64,000 bases of DNA from an uncultured candidate division Zixibacteria bacterium (GCA_963801605.1 CAWDFP010000007.1:160001-224000), one strand, 5' to 3'; numbered from the stretch's first letter, positions 1 to 9,775 are shown. Notes: generated by a model from the sequence alone, not told the origin. Numbers and translations: made by a program.

Positions 1-559
1 ATTCTACCAGGTCGGCGGCTATTTTCATTCCGCGGGCGGTCGTCGATGCAAAGCGGAAATTACCGGTATCGCAGATTATTGCCGCGTAAAGGTCCTCGGC
101 AATTTCGGCGGTGATTTTGAGTTCGCTTTCATCGATCAGGAAATAGATCAGCTCCCCGACAGCGCAACTTTCGGTGTCGACCCAGTTGATATCACCATAC
201 TGTCCGTTATCCTTATGATGATCAATATTTATTTTGATGGCTGATTTCGGCAAAAGTTCGGATACGAATCCAATGCGTTCGAGAGTGGGACATTCAAGAA
301 TAAAAACCGCATCCGGCGTAAATTGTAACGGCGTTTTATCGAAATTGATTATGCCCGTGGGATCCAAAAAGCGATATTTTTCGGGCATACCACCCTGATT
401 GACAATTAATACCTCTTTGCCGTAATCCTTTAAAGCGCGATAAAGCCCAAGTTGCGATCCGATTGAATCACCGTCAGGGTCTTTATGGGAAGTGATCAGG
501 AATCGATCCTTCCCTTTAATTAAATCAAGTATTTCTTTAATCTTTGGGCTTTTGTTCAT
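1..559 (-). CDS. nrnA: DHH family phosphoesterase (NrnA-like), 3' end outside window
   Basis: Manual translation MNKSPKIKEILDLIKGKDRFLITSHKDPDGDSIGS...NIDHH...ICDTGNFRF; DHH motifs; directly follows rbfA. Confidence 0.85.
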   Translation of the reverse strand, partial: MNKSPKIKEILDLIKGKDRFLITSHKDPDGDSIGSQLGLYRALKDYGKEVLIVNQGGMPEKYRFLDPTGIINFDKTPLQFTPDAVFILECPTLERIGFVSELLPKSAIKINIDHHKDNGQYGDINWVDTESCAVGELIYFLIDESELKITAEIAEDLYAAIICDTGNFRFASTTARGMKIAADLVE

Positions 560-899
560 CGCGCTTTATTTGTTCCAAAATCTCGTTAATTCGCATGACA
601 TGTTCAGCGGAGGCGTCGAAATGATAGGATAATTCAGGCGTAAACCTGATCCTCATTCTCTGTCCTACCATCCGTCTGATTACTCCGGCATGACGCTTCA
701 GGAAATCCATGCAGGGATCCTGATCTTTCTCGGGGTTTAAAACCGAGAAAAATATTTTGCCATATTTTAAATCGCGGGTGATCTCGGCTCTGGTAAAGGT
801 AATCATTGCCGGCGGATTATCCCGCATTTCATTGGCGACGATATCCGCAATCTCCTTGATTATCTGGCTTTGCAGCCTGTCAACTCTGGAAAAATCCAT
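537..899 (-). CDS. rbfA: 30S ribosome-binding factor RbfA
   Basis: SRVDRLQSQIIKEIADI...ITRDLKYGKIFFS...RIRFTPELSYHFD; infB operon context. Confidence 0.93.
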   Translation of the reverse strand: MDFSRVDRLQSQIIKEIADIVANEMRDNPPAMITFTRAEITRDLKYGKIFFSVLNPEKDQDPCMDFLKRHAGVIRRMVGQRMRIRFTPELSYHFDASAEHVMRINEILEQIKRDEQKPKD

Positions 900-901
900 T
901 T

Positions 902-1183
902 TTAGCGCCACTCCAGTTCGCAATTCGTCATTATAGCGTCTGACCTGTTTTGAACTAAATCCTGTACTCGTGATAACACGCCATTAGCGTAAGAGGCATC
1001 CTCGGAAATGACTGCAACGCCTAAAAGGGCCGAACGCCAGATATCCTGGTCACCAATTTCTGCTACTGATACATTAAAACCGTTGCGCAACCTGTCCTTG
1101 ATGCTTTTTATCACTCGTCGCTTATCTTTAAGCGAATTAGCCTGGGGAATCGATATCGATATGGTTAATATTCCAACAACCAT
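902..1183 (-). CDS. DUF503 (YlxP) family protein
   Basis: MVVGILTI...SLKDKRRVIKSIKDRLRNGFNVSVAEIGDQD; lies between infB and rbfA. Confidence 0.92.
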   Translation of the reverse strand: MVVGILTISISIPQANSLKDKRRVIKSIKDRLRNGFNVSVAEIGDQDIWRSALLGVAVISEDASYANGVLSRVQDLVQNRSDAIMTNCELEWR

Positions 1184-3438
1184 TATTGCCTGGTACCCGG
1201 CTCCAATCTGCGGGCTTCCTCGACATGAGTAAAGGCCCTGATAATATCGCCCTCACGGATATCGGATACGCTTTCGATTCCAATCCCGCATTCAAAGCCG
1301 CTGGCAACCTCCCTGGCATCATCCTTAAAGCGTTTTAGCGAGCTTATGGTTCCCTCGCCTATTTTTACCTCGTTACGAAGAACCTCAGCCAACGATCCGC
1401 GCTTAATAACACCGGACTTGACATAACTACCAGCGATAAGCCCCTGCTTGGGGATCTTAAATATCTGGCGAACTTCAGCCTCACCAAGGTTGACCTTGAT
1501 AATCTCAGGCGCCAGAAGGCCTTCCAATGCGGCCTTAATATCGGCCTCAACCTCATAAATAATTTTGTATAGACGAATATCGACCTTTTCCCTGGCAGCC
1601 AACTCCTGAGCGCGGGCCTCAGGTCTGACATGGAAGCCGATAATGATGGCCTGGGAAGCGGCGGCCAAAAGTACGTCCGATTCGGAGATAGCGCCTACGC
1701 TTCTATGAATAACGTTGACTTTGACTTCCTTGTGCTGAATCCTGGCCAGAGTATCAGAAAGAGCTTCAACTGATCCGTCTACGTCGCCTTTGATTATAAG
1801 GTTAAGCTCTCTAATCTCGCCCTCTTTAATTTTATCATAGACCTCAGTAAGGGTCAGTCTCTTAAGAATACGGAAGTCTTTTTCGCGTTTGAGTCGCAGC
1901 CGCTTTTGAGCGATTATTCTGGCTTCGGCTTCGTCGGCAACAACTATAAAGGTGTCACCGGCCTGCGGCACTCCGCTCGAACCGAGGATAATCACAGGCG
2001 TTGAAGGCGGCGCCTCAGTAGCCGCTTTTCCACGTTCATTAGCCATGGCCCGAACTCTGCCGTACTGGGTGCCAGTAACAAAGGAATCGCCTACTCTGAG
2101 GGTTCCCTTTTGGATCAGAACCGTACAAACGGGGCCTTTGCCTTTGTCTAACCGGGCCTCAATTACGGCTCCCTTGGCAGGACGATCCGGGTTAGCTTTA
2201 AGTTCCATTAGCTCTGTTTGAAGCAGAATCATCTCCATCAAGCGATCTACACCCTTACCGAGCTTGGCAGAAATTTCCACCATGATCGTCTTGCCGCCCC
2301 ATTCCTCCGTAACCAGATTGTGCTTACCAAGCTGCTCGCGGATTTTATCCGGATTGGCCGCAGGTAAATCAATTTTATTTATGGCTACGATAATCGGCAC
2401 TCCCGCGGCGCGGGCGTGATCTATAGCTTCTATGGTTTGCGGCATCACGGCATCGTCGGCAGCCACGACCAATACAACGATATCGGTGACATGAGCGCCC
2501 CTGGCTCTCATCGAGGAAAAGGCCTGGTGACCGGGAGTATCCAGGAATGTAATATTGCCACCCGGTAATACAACCTCATAAGCGCCGATATGCTGGGTAA
2601 TACCACCAGCCTCTCCGGCGATAATATTCGATTTGCGGATAAAATCCAATAACGAGGTTTTGCCATGATCGACGTGGCCCATGATGGTAACTACGGGCGG
2701 ACGGGGCTTCAGAGTGGCGGGATCATCATAATCCTGCTCTTCCTCGCCAATCTGCTTTGATTCCTCGATATTGAAGCCAAATTCAAGAGCCAGAGTACCT
2801 ATGGTATCCAGGTCGAGCCTCTGATTGATATTAGCCATCATGCCAAGTTCGAGACATTTGGCGACAACCTGGGCCGGCCGGACATTCATCAGCGCCGCCA
2901 GTTCGGAGACGGTCATGAATTCGGTAACTTTAATCAGATTAGCCGGCTGTGATTCCTCGGGAAGCATATCCCCTTTTTCGTCATGCCTGCGGAACTTCTT
3001 TTTACGGGTAACATCCAGGCTGGACATGGTCTTTTTGAAACTGGCGTGGATCGCTTTTAAGTCAACGACTTTTTCTTTTTTCTTTTTGCGTCTATCTTTA
3101 CGTTTCTTGGGAACGAATTTTTTCTCTTCTTTGATCACTTCTTTTTTTCGAACCGGATGAAGCTCGGCGACCATTCGTCGTTCGATCTCCTGGCGACGGC
3201 GCTGGGCATCTTCCTCGGCATGCTGACGGGCCTCGGCTTTCTTTTTCTTTTCCTCTATTTCCTTTTTCACCTCTTCTTTTTTGGAGGCAAATTTATTTTG
3301 GACGGCGTTCAGCATCTCATCCGTAGCCGTTGAAGAGTGAGATTTCACCTCAAAACCAAGCTCCCTTACAATGTCAACCATCGCTTTAGATGAAACATTG
3401 TAATCCTTGGCTAATTCATAAAGTCTCTTTTTTGTCAT
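1183..3438 (-). CDS. infB: Translation initiation factor IF-2
   Basis: RPPVVTIMGHVDHGKTSLLD, DTPGH, NKID and SSLKRFKDD motifs. Confidence 0.99.
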   Translation of the reverse strand: MTKKRLYELAKDYNVSSKAMVDIVRELGFEVKSHSSTATDEMLNAVQNKFASKKEEVKKEIEEKKKKAEARQHAEEDAQRRRQEIERRMVAELHPVRKKEVIKEEKKFVPKKRKDRRKKKKEKVVDLKAIHASFKKTMSSLDVTRKKKFRRHDEKGDMLPEESQPANLIKVTEFMTVSELAALMNVRPAQVVAKCLELGMMANINQRLDLDTIGTLALEFGFNIEESKQIGEEEQDYDDPATLKPRPPVVTIMGHVDHGKTSLLDFIRKSNIIAGEAGGITQHIGAYEVVLPGGNITFLDTPGHQAFSSMRARGAHVTDIVVLVVAADDAVMPQTIEAIDHARAAGVPIIVAINKIDLPAANPDKIREQLGKHNLVTEEWGGKTIMVEISAKLGKGVDRLMEMILLQTELMELKANPDRPAKGAVIEARLDKGKGPVCTVLIQKGTLRVGDSFVTGTQYGRVRAMANERGKAATEAPPSTPVIILGSSGVPQAGDTFIVVADEAEARIIAQKRLRLKREKDFRILKRLTLTEVYDKIKEGEIRELNLIIKGDVDGSVEALSDTLARIQHKEVKVNVIHRSVGAISESDVLLAAASQAIIIGFHVRPEARAQELAAREKVDIRLYKIIYEVEADIKAALEGLLAPEIIKVNLGEAEVRQIFKIPKQGLIAGSYVKSGVIKRGSLAEVLRNEVKIGEGTISSLKRFKDDAREVASGFECGIGIESVSDIREGDIIRAFTHVEEARRLEPGTRQ

Positions 3439-3439
3439 T

Positions 3440-3590
3440 TCTCACCCACCAATCAAATTCCATCGGAACCATCCCGGCCATCCCCAGCCCTTTGGCCAAT
3501 CCAAAATCGCTCGTAATTACGTTTGAATTTCGGCCACAAACGACTCCGATGTTTTTATTATTTTGCGATAATCGTATCCACAGGCTCCAA
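3440..3590 (-). pseudogene. Probable 3' remnant of an L7Ae/YlxQ RNA-binding protein gene
   Basis: Frame reads NIGVVCGRNSNVITSDFGLAKGL, resembling the L7Ae C-terminus; sits in the nusA-infB gap where ylxR/ylxQ normally lie; no convincing start. Confidence 0.35.
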
Positions 3591-4940
3591 TTAATAATCT
3601 TCCGGACGAGGCTGATCGGTATCATCCGGCGAAAATTCCAACCTGGGAACTGTCTCCCCTTCTTCGACTACTTCCTCTGCAACTCTTTCGGCGGCTGCCT
3701 TATCGATAGCAGCCTGACAGGCCGCAATAACTTTATCAGCGGTCTTTTCTCCAACGCCTTCAATATTCATAAGTTTGTCTTTATCGGCTTTGATAACATC
3801 CTGAGCGGTTTCCATACCGGCCTGAATAAGCTTCTGAATCAACTTGGAACCAAGCTCCTCCACGGTCTCGATATCGACCATCTCTTCTTCTTCGGACTTT
3901 TTCAGAGCGTCATACTCGGTCGCCGACATGATATTGATCTTCCAGCCGGTAAGCTTGGCGGCTAACCTGGCATTCTGACCGGCTTTACCGATTGCCAGTG
4001 AAAGCTTATCATCAGCTACCGCCACCAGCATCTTTTTCTCACCGGGGAATACATCGACATTAACAATTTTAGCCGGAGCCAACGCTTTGGTTACGAATAT
4101 CATAGGCTCTGACGACCAGGGCACAATATCGATTCTTTCGTTATTAAGCTCGCGGACAATATTCTGGACACGGACTCCTTTGACACCCACGCAGGCGCCA
4201 ACGGCATCGATACGGTCGTCATTGGAATACACCGCCACTTTGGAACGCTCACCGGCTTCCCTGGCGATGGCTTTAATCTCGATGATCTTTTCGGCGATTT
4301 CAGGGACTTCCAGTTCAAAAAGCTTTTTCAGGAATTCTATCGATCCTCTGGATAAGGTAATTTGGGGACCTCGGTTGGTATCCTGCACATCGATTATGAC
4401 TGCACGAATCCGATCTCCCTGACGGAATTTTTCTTTCTTGATTTGCTCACGACCGGGTACTATGGCCTCGGCGCGTCCCAAGTTGACAATGATATTTCCC
4501 TTATCGACCTGTTGTACATTACCGGTGATGAGATCGCCGATACGGTCTTTATATTCCTGGAAAATCTTTTCGCGCTCGGCTTCGCGTACCCTTTGGATGA
4601 GGATCTGCTTGGCGGTTGCGATGGCGTTGCGCCCAAACTCTTCGAACGGCATAGGCACATCGAGAATCTGGCCAATCTCGACATCCTCATAGAATTCCGA
4701 AGCATCCTCGACAGTCATTTCCTGGCCGGGATTGGTAACATTTTCCACGACCTTTTTGGTCAGGAAAACCTTAATTTCGCCTTCGGTTTTATCGATCTCG
4801 ACTCGGACATTGTCTTCGACATTATATTTTTTCTTGACTGCCGAAATCAGGGCAGCTTCGACTGTCTGAAGGACATATTCCAATTCAAGATTCTTTTCCT
4901 TGGCAATTTGTCCGAAAGCTTCTAAAATATCATAGTTCAT
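3591..4940 (-). CDS. nusA: Transcription termination/antitermination factor NusA
   Basis: FGRNAIATAKQ, FELEVPEI, DAVGACVGVKGVRV, AIGKAGQNARLAAKLTGWKI; C-terminal HhH repeats. Confidence 0.99.
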   Translation of the reverse strand: MNYDILEAFGQIAKEKNLELEYVLQTVEAALISAVKKKYNVEDNVRVEIDKTEGEIKVFLTKKVVENVTNPGQEMTVEDASEFYEDVEIGQILDVPMPFEEFGRNAIATAKQILIQRVREAEREKIFQEYKDRIGDLITGNVQQVDKGNIIVNLGRAEAIVPGREQIKKEKFRQGDRIRAVIIDVQDTNRGPQITLSRGSIEFLKKLFELEVPEIAEKIIEIKAIAREAGERSKVAVYSNDDRIDAVGACVGVKGVRVQNIVRELNNERIDIVPWSSEPMIFVTKALAPAKIVNVDVFPGEKKMLVAVADDKLSLAIGKAGQNARLAAKLTGWKINIMSATEYDALKKSEEEEMVDIETVEELGSKLIQKLIQAGMETAQDVIKADKDKLMNIEGVGEKTADKVIAACQAAIDKAAAERVAEEVVEEGETVPRLEFSPDDTDQPRPEDY

Positions 4941-4967
4941 AAAAACAACCTCCGCGGTCGAAGCCCT

Positions 4968-5414
4968 TTATATTATGATCTTCCCCCTGGGATTCGTATC
5001 CACAGGAATTGTGACGGTTTCCCCATCAGCATCGATCTTTACATCAAATTCATCACTGTATACTAAAATACCTTCTATTGTGCGTTGACCTTTCTCGTTA
5101 TCGTAAACCACTTTGACATGTTCTCCTATCCGACGCATAAAATCTTTTGGCGTCAAAAGCGGTTTATCGAGACCCAGCGAGGAAACTTCAAGCGTATATC
5201 TACTGGCGATAAGGTCTTCGGTATCAAGCATGTCGGATATCTCCCGACTGACATTTGCGCAATCGTCCAACTTCACGCCTTTGGGGGTATGAATAAATAC
5301 CCGCAATATCAACCGTCCTCCGACTGTGGGCGCCGACAATTCCGCAAGCTCAAAGCCAAGCCTTTCGACGACGGCTTCGATTTTGTCGTGAATACTTTCA
5401 ACATTAATTTTCAT
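4968..5414 (-). CDS. rimP: Ribosome maturation factor RimP
   Basis: GVKLDDCANVSREIS...YTLEVSSLGLDKPL; upstream of nusA; ATG at 5414 preferred. Confidence 0.95.
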   Translation of the reverse strand: MKINVESIHDKIEAVVERLGFELAELSAPTVGGRLILRVFIHTPKGVKLDDCANVSREISDMLDTEDLIASRYTLEVSSLGLDKPLLTPKDFMRRIGEHVKVVYDNEKGQRTIEGILVYSDEFDVKIDADGETVTIPVDTNPRGKIII

Positions 5415-5454
5415 GGCGCAAAATACGAATTCCCTAAAAAGTAATCCATGAATA

Positions 5455-5482
5455 ACCAAAAGAGTGGGATTTACCCACTCTC
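5455..5482 (-). promoter_or_regulatory. rimP leader hairpin
   Basis: Perfect stem AGAGTGGG-attta-CCCACTCT (5461-5481) followed by a short U-run on the minus strand, upstream of rimP. Confidence 0.6.
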
Positions 5483-5527
5483 GAACTACAAAATATATAA
5501 TTTCTTATTACTAAAATCAAGTATTTT

Positions 5528-7246
5528 TTAGAGTTGTTCCAGCACCTGGCAGGCCCGTTCAACCGCCTGTTCGACCGGCACCTTTTCCATTACGAGCCCT
5601 TTGCGGCGCACGATTTCGACCTTGCCCTCCTTCAGGCCCCTATCACCCACGGCAATTCGAACAGGAACACCGATCAGATCGGCATCATTGAATTTGACGC
5701 CCGGACGCTCATCGCGATCATCAAGCAGCACTCCATAGCCTTTGTCCTGAAGTTGATCATAGATATCCATAGCCACCTCTTTAAGCTGTTCGCTATTGAT
5801 ATCGAGAAGCACGATATGGAAATCATAAGGGGCAATTGTCTTTGGCCAGATGATCCCCTTCTCATCGTGGAAAGCCTCCACGGCGGCCTGGGCGGTACGG
5901 GTAATACCGATACCATAAGAACCCATGATAATCGGCTTTTCAGAACCGTCGGCGTCTTTGAAAGTGGCGCCCAAAGCCTCGGAGTATTTGGTACCAAGCA
6001 TAAAGAGATTGCCGACCTCTATGCCTGAATATGAGATTAACCGTCCCTGATTGCAGCGCGGGCAAACTTCACCGGCCTGGGCGAGGCGTAGTTCGGTATA
6101 ATCGTCAATCTCGAAATCGGAAAGATTGGCGTTGATGATATGGGTATCATCACGATTGGCGCCGACCACAAAATTGCGCATCACTTTAATCTCGTTATCG
6201 GCGATAACTCTGACCTTTTTTAAGCCAATAGGCCCGGCAAAACCGACCTGGGCATTGGTCACATTCATCACTACCTCAGGGGGCGATAGGGTTAGCTCAG
6301 TGGAACGAAGGTAGTTTTGAAGCTTAATCTCGTTGATGTCGCGGTCTCCACGAATCAGGACAGCCACAGTTTCGCTATCGGATTGATAGAGCAAAGTTTT
6401 GATTAGTTTTTCCGGTCCAACCTTAAGAAACGCAGTGACCTCTTCGACGGTCTTCATTTTCGGCGTAAAAACCATATCCTTATTCTTAGGTTCTTCTCTG
6501 GGCGTATCCTCATCGGACATGGAAAGCGACGTGGCTTTCTCGATATTGGCGGCGTAATCGCATTGATTGCACGAGAGAATTATGGTTTCGCCGCCGGATG
6601 TATTTACCGGCACCATAAACTCATGTGCCAGTGTACCGCCCATCGCGCCTACGTCGGATTCCACCATCTTAACATCGAAACCGATTCGGCGGAATGCTTT
6701 GAAATAAGCTTCAGCCATTTTATTATAGGCCACTTTCAAGCCATCGTAGCTGGCATCGAAAGAGTAAGCATCCTTCATAATGAATTCGCGGCCTCGCATC
6801 AGGCCGAAACGAGGCCGGGGCTCGTCACGGAATTTAACCTGAATTTGATAGAGATTTTTCGGCAGTTGACGATAGCTGCGCAGCTCTCCCCTGATCAGCC
6901 AGGTGACTATCTCCTCGTGCGTACCGCCAAGGACCAGATCACGCTGATGACGATCTTTCATACGCATCTGCTCTTTGCCGACAATATCCCATCGTCCGGT
7001 TTTCTGCCAGAGTTCGGCAGGATGAAGCACCGGCATGGTGATTTCAACCGCGCCCGAGGCGTTCATTTCCTCACGCACGATATTTTCAATCTTGTGAATA
7101 ACGAGCAGCATAAGCGGCAGGTAATTGTAGACACCGGCAGTCAATTGCCTGATATAACCGGCGCGGACAAGCAGTTTATGCGAAGCAATTACGGCATCTG
7201 CCGGATCGTCTCTAAGTGTGGGAATAAATGATTGGCTCCAGAGCAT
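5528..7246 (-). CDS. proS: Proline--tRNA ligase (bacterial type with editing insertion)
   Basis: SHKLLVRAGYIRQ, GGTHEE, FRDEPRPRFGLMRGREFIMKDAYSF, MGSYGIGITR. Confidence 0.99.
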   Translation of the reverse strand: MLWSQSFIPTLRDDPADAVIASHKLLVRAGYIRQLTAGVYNYLPLMLLVIHKIENIVREEMNASGAVEITMPVLHPAELWQKTGRWDIVGKEQMRMKDRHQRDLVLGGTHEEIVTWLIRGELRSYRQLPKNLYQIQVKFRDEPRPRFGLMRGREFIMKDAYSFDASYDGLKVAYNKMAEAYFKAFRRIGFDVKMVESDVGAMGGTLAHEFMVPVNTSGGETIILSCNQCDYAANIEKATSLSMSDEDTPREEPKNKDMVFTPKMKTVEEVTAFLKVGPEKLIKTLLYQSDSETVAVLIRGDRDINEIKLQNYLRSTELTLSPPEVVMNVTNAQVGFAGPIGLKKVRVIADNEIKVMRNFVVGANRDDTHIINANLSDFEIDDYTELRLAQAGEVCPRCNQGRLISYSGIEVGNLFMLGTKYSEALGATFKDADGSEKPIIMGSYGIGITRTAQAAVEAFHDEKGIIWPKTIAPYDFHIVLLDINSEQLKEVAMDIYDQLQDKGYGVLLDDRDERPGVKFNDADLIGVPVRIAVGDRGLKEGKVEIVRRKGLVMEKVPVEQAVERACQVLEQL

Positions 7247-7260
7247 GGCTTTCCTTTGGC

Positions 7261-7345
7261 AAAAAAAAAGTTCTGAGTGCTGAGTCCTGAGTGCTGAGAA
7301 ATAAAATAAATATTCAACCCAGTACTCAGTCCTAATTACTAAGGT
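7261..7345. repeat. Inverted heptamer arrays (NNCTGAG)n forming a hairpin plus U-tract
   Basis: TTCTGAG TGCTGAG TCCTGAG TGCTGAG (7271-7298), AT spacer, then CCCAGTA CTCAGTC CTAATTA; A9 at 7261. Confidence 0.85.
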
Positions 7346-7729
7346 CTATTTTCTTCAATATCTCGTTTCGTTTGTATTGAGCTGCGCAGGCCGCCTATAA
7401 TTCTACCAACTTCTTCGGCTTGAGCAATTAAATGATCGAAATCGTCCTTAGCTACATAACCAATATCGAGGGAAGCATATAGCTGGGCTCTAACTTCGGC
7501 GCATGATGCCTTCGCAGTTGAGAGAAATTGATGAAACTCGGGTAAGCCGTTCTCTTTCGAATCCCTCTGCGATGTTGGACATTATCGATATAGAGGCACG
7601 TTGAATTTGTCCGCTCAGGCCAAAATCCTTGGCAAAAGCTCCTTGCCGAGTTACTTGATATATGGCACAAGTCAATTCCCGTGCTTTCTGCCAAGCGATC
7701 AAATCCTCGAATCTCTCTATTTTGCCCAA
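7339..7729 (-). CDS. Four-helix-bundle protein (23S rRNA IVP / Avd-like family), frameshifted near 7530
   Basis: [19 protein letters not shown]...[25 protein letters not shown], then in another frame [15 protein letters not shown]...[10 protein letters not shown]. Confidence 0.9.
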
Positions 7730-7865
7730 TCAAAAGCCGGTTCCTGAAATCAATATTACCAAGTTTCGGGAAATGCTGAAACTAGATGGTGCCGAATATA
7801 CATTATCAATCATGAGAGACGGCCAGATATATGTTGCTGTCATTAAACTCAAACGTATTATTTAA
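7728..7865 (+). pseudogene. Orphan 3' fragment, probably a C-terminal PDZ domain
   Basis: [45 protein letters not shown] resembles the ends of aspartyl-protease/PDZ proteins; no start or 5' part. Confidence 0.5.
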
Positions 7866-7994
7866 TATCTTTCTACCATCAAGGATTGCGTGCGCGGCAT
7901 AAGTCCCGAGGCTGTGCCTGTTTTGGATTTTGTATGTGTTTAGATGGAGCCAACGGGAGCTTCTCTTATTTCCGCACTCTCGTCCCCTTTTATA

Positions 7995-8031
7995 CTCAGC
8001 ACTCAGCACTTTTAACTCAGCACTGATTAAA
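7995..8031 (-). repeat. Heptamer array 3' of tRNA-Arg(CCG)
   Basis: Plus strand CTCAGCA CTCAGCA CTTTTAA CTCAGCA CTGATTA. Confidence 0.8.
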
Positions 8032-8104
8032 TACCCCCAGGCCGACTTGAACGGCCGCACACGGCTCCGGAGGCCGCTGCTCTATCCAACTGAGCTATGG
8101 GGGC
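8032..8104 (-). tRNA. tRNA-Arg (anticodon CCG), CCA not encoded
   Basis: GCCCCCATAGCTCAGTTGGATAGAGCAGCGGCCT-CCG-GAGCCGTGTGCGGCCGTTCAAGTCGGCCTGGGGGTA folds as a cloverleaf. Confidence 0.95.
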
Positions 8105-8518
8105 ATCCGTTTTAACTGCAAACTTCATGCGACCAGCCTTAAAACCGGTCAGGCATGTAGACATAATACGGTCACCAAATATTATACGCAAATGGTTTCT
8201 TGGGGAGTCACCGGTTAGGGGTCGTGAGTGGCCTTCTAAATATAGTGGTTCCAATATCCGATTGATAGATTGTATCTGAATTATTATAGGAGTTGTCATT
8301 ATCCAGGCAAAAGGCTATGCCAGAGAAGACAAATTCGGCGGCTAAAAAGTCGATACTCTACTTCAGATTCCTCCTGTAAAGTCGTATTTTCATTTCAGAT
8401 GGATGATATTAAAATGTGGGCGGTATTGCTTGGAGAAAATCAATTGGCTAGCGGAACTAGAAAGAACCGTAGATGTTATCTTAATAATTATTATCGTGGC
8501 TGTAACTGCGGATACAAA

Positions 8519-8552
8519 ATAAAAAAAACCGGCTTATCTTTCGACAAGCCGG
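8519..8552 (-). terminator. Intrinsic terminator after the RRM gene
   Basis: CCGGCTTATC-tttc-GACAAGCCGG stem preceded by an A-run on the plus strand. Confidence 0.75.
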
Positions 8553-8594
8553 GATAATAAACTATTTTCAGTTTATCTTTGAGGTTGGGTAAGG

Positions 8595-8963
8595 CTACCA
8601 GCGCTCACGATTACGATCGCCACCGCGATCACCACCGCGTCCGCCGCCACGGCCGCCGCCACCACCGTAACCACCGCCGCCACCGCGACGATCGCCACCA
8701 CCGCCGCCGCCGCTGCGATTTTCGCGCGGACGAGCCTGGTTGACGTTCAACTCACGGCCGTTAAGCTCGCGACCATTGAGTCCGGTAATTGCTGCTTGTG
8801 CTTCCTCGTCATTAGCCATTTCAACGAAACCAAAGCCGCGGGAATCGCCGCTATAGTTATCCTTGATAATGCTGACTTTAGAAACCTGGCCGAAGCCCTC
8901 AAATGCCTGGCGGAGTTCTTCCTCCACCGTTGTCCGGGCAAGATTGCCCACGTAGATGTTCAC
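8595..8963 (-). CDS. RRM RNA-binding protein with Gly/Arg-rich tail
   Basis: RNP2 IYVGNL and RNP1 RGFGFVEM; RGG tail; GTG start with AAGGAG SD. Confidence 0.96.
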   Translation of the reverse strand: MNIYVGNLARTTVEEELRQAFEGFGQVSKVSIIKDNYSGDSRGFGFVEMANDEEAQAAITGLNGRELNGRELNVNQARPRENRSGGGGGGDRRGGGGGYGGGGGRGGGRGGDRGGDRNRERW

Positions 8964-9154
8964 TCAGAACACTCCTTGTTTTGTTTATCTTCCAACGCTC
9001 GTTCTTTCGAAGCCCCTGCCGAAAAGATAAACGATTTTACTGTGCGCACCATTGCGCCATGTCTCCAGCGACATTTCCAAGAACGAACCACTCTTGAGAA
9101 AATAAACTAAGGAGAACCATGCTAAGAGAAAATTAACTAAATGTCCATTTTGTG

Positions 9155-9775
9155 TCAAGCTTTATTTTGCCCCTTCTGCATGATACAGATCAACGCCTTA
9201 GGCGCCGGGTGCAAGGTCCCTTTGAAGCTTGACTCCGTAATTGAATGAATCTTAAACAGAGGCTCAAATAGCCCTGTTATCTCATCCGGTTTGAAACGAT
9301 AAGGACCCGGCCCGGGCGGTTCCTTGAAACTAAAGCATTTCAAAAACAGATAGCCCCTCGCCTTTATCAAATTGTGCACTATGCGGACATATTTGGCCCG
9401 TTTGGCGGGATCGATGATGTGGAAACAGCCCCGATCGATTACCAGATTAAATTTCGCATTCAGATGATTATTAAGAATATTGGCCCTTATAAACTTGACT
9501 TTGGCCCCATCCTCTTTGGCCCGCTCGGTTGCCTTGGACACTGCCGTTTCAGATATATCTATACCGGTTACCTTGAATCCCCGTTTAGCCAGGTCGATGG
9601 CCTGCGTACCCGGCCCGGAGCCGATATCAAGCACATTTCCCTTAGTGATTTTATGCCCGGAAAGGGCATATTCGATATCCTGATCGAGTTTGGGATTAAA
9701 CCACGGCATCTCCTCAACCTCGAGATCGCGGTAAACCTCATCCCACTCAGTAATAGTATGCGTAAATCTTCTCAT
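9155..9775 (-). CDS. Class I SAM-dependent methyltransferase
   Basis: VLDIGSGPG, VTGIDIS, DRGCFH. Confidence 0.9.
   Translation of the reverse strand: MRRFTHTITEWDEVYRDLEVEEMPWFNPKLDQDIEYALSGHKITKGNVLDIGSGPGTQAIDLAKRGFKVTGIDISETAVSKATERAKEDGAKVKFIRANILNNHLNAKFNLVIDRGCFHIIDPAKRAKYVRIVHNLIKARGYLFLKCFSFKEPPGPGPYRFKPDEITGLFEPLFKIHSITESSFKGTLHPAPKALICIMQKGQNKA

Noticed and set aside
3390..7231. Long antisense ORFs (e.g. 3390-3965, 4362-4925, 6563-7231)
   Set aside because: Shadows of conserved genes on the opposite strand with no recognizable motifs
7271..7345. Heptamer arrays as a CRISPR array
   Set aside because: 7-bp tandem units without unique spacers; no cas genes
7339..7729. Diversity-generating retroelement (Avd-like gene)
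   Set aside because: No reverse transcriptase or TR/VR pair seen in the window
7945..7960. TGGAGCCAACGGGA resembling a tRNA-Ala 3' end (att remnant)
   Set aside because: Only about 14 nt, no T-loop and no partner copy in the window
8619..8715. GCC/ACC-rich tandem repeat
   Set aside because: Explained by the Gly/Arg tail of the RRM protein
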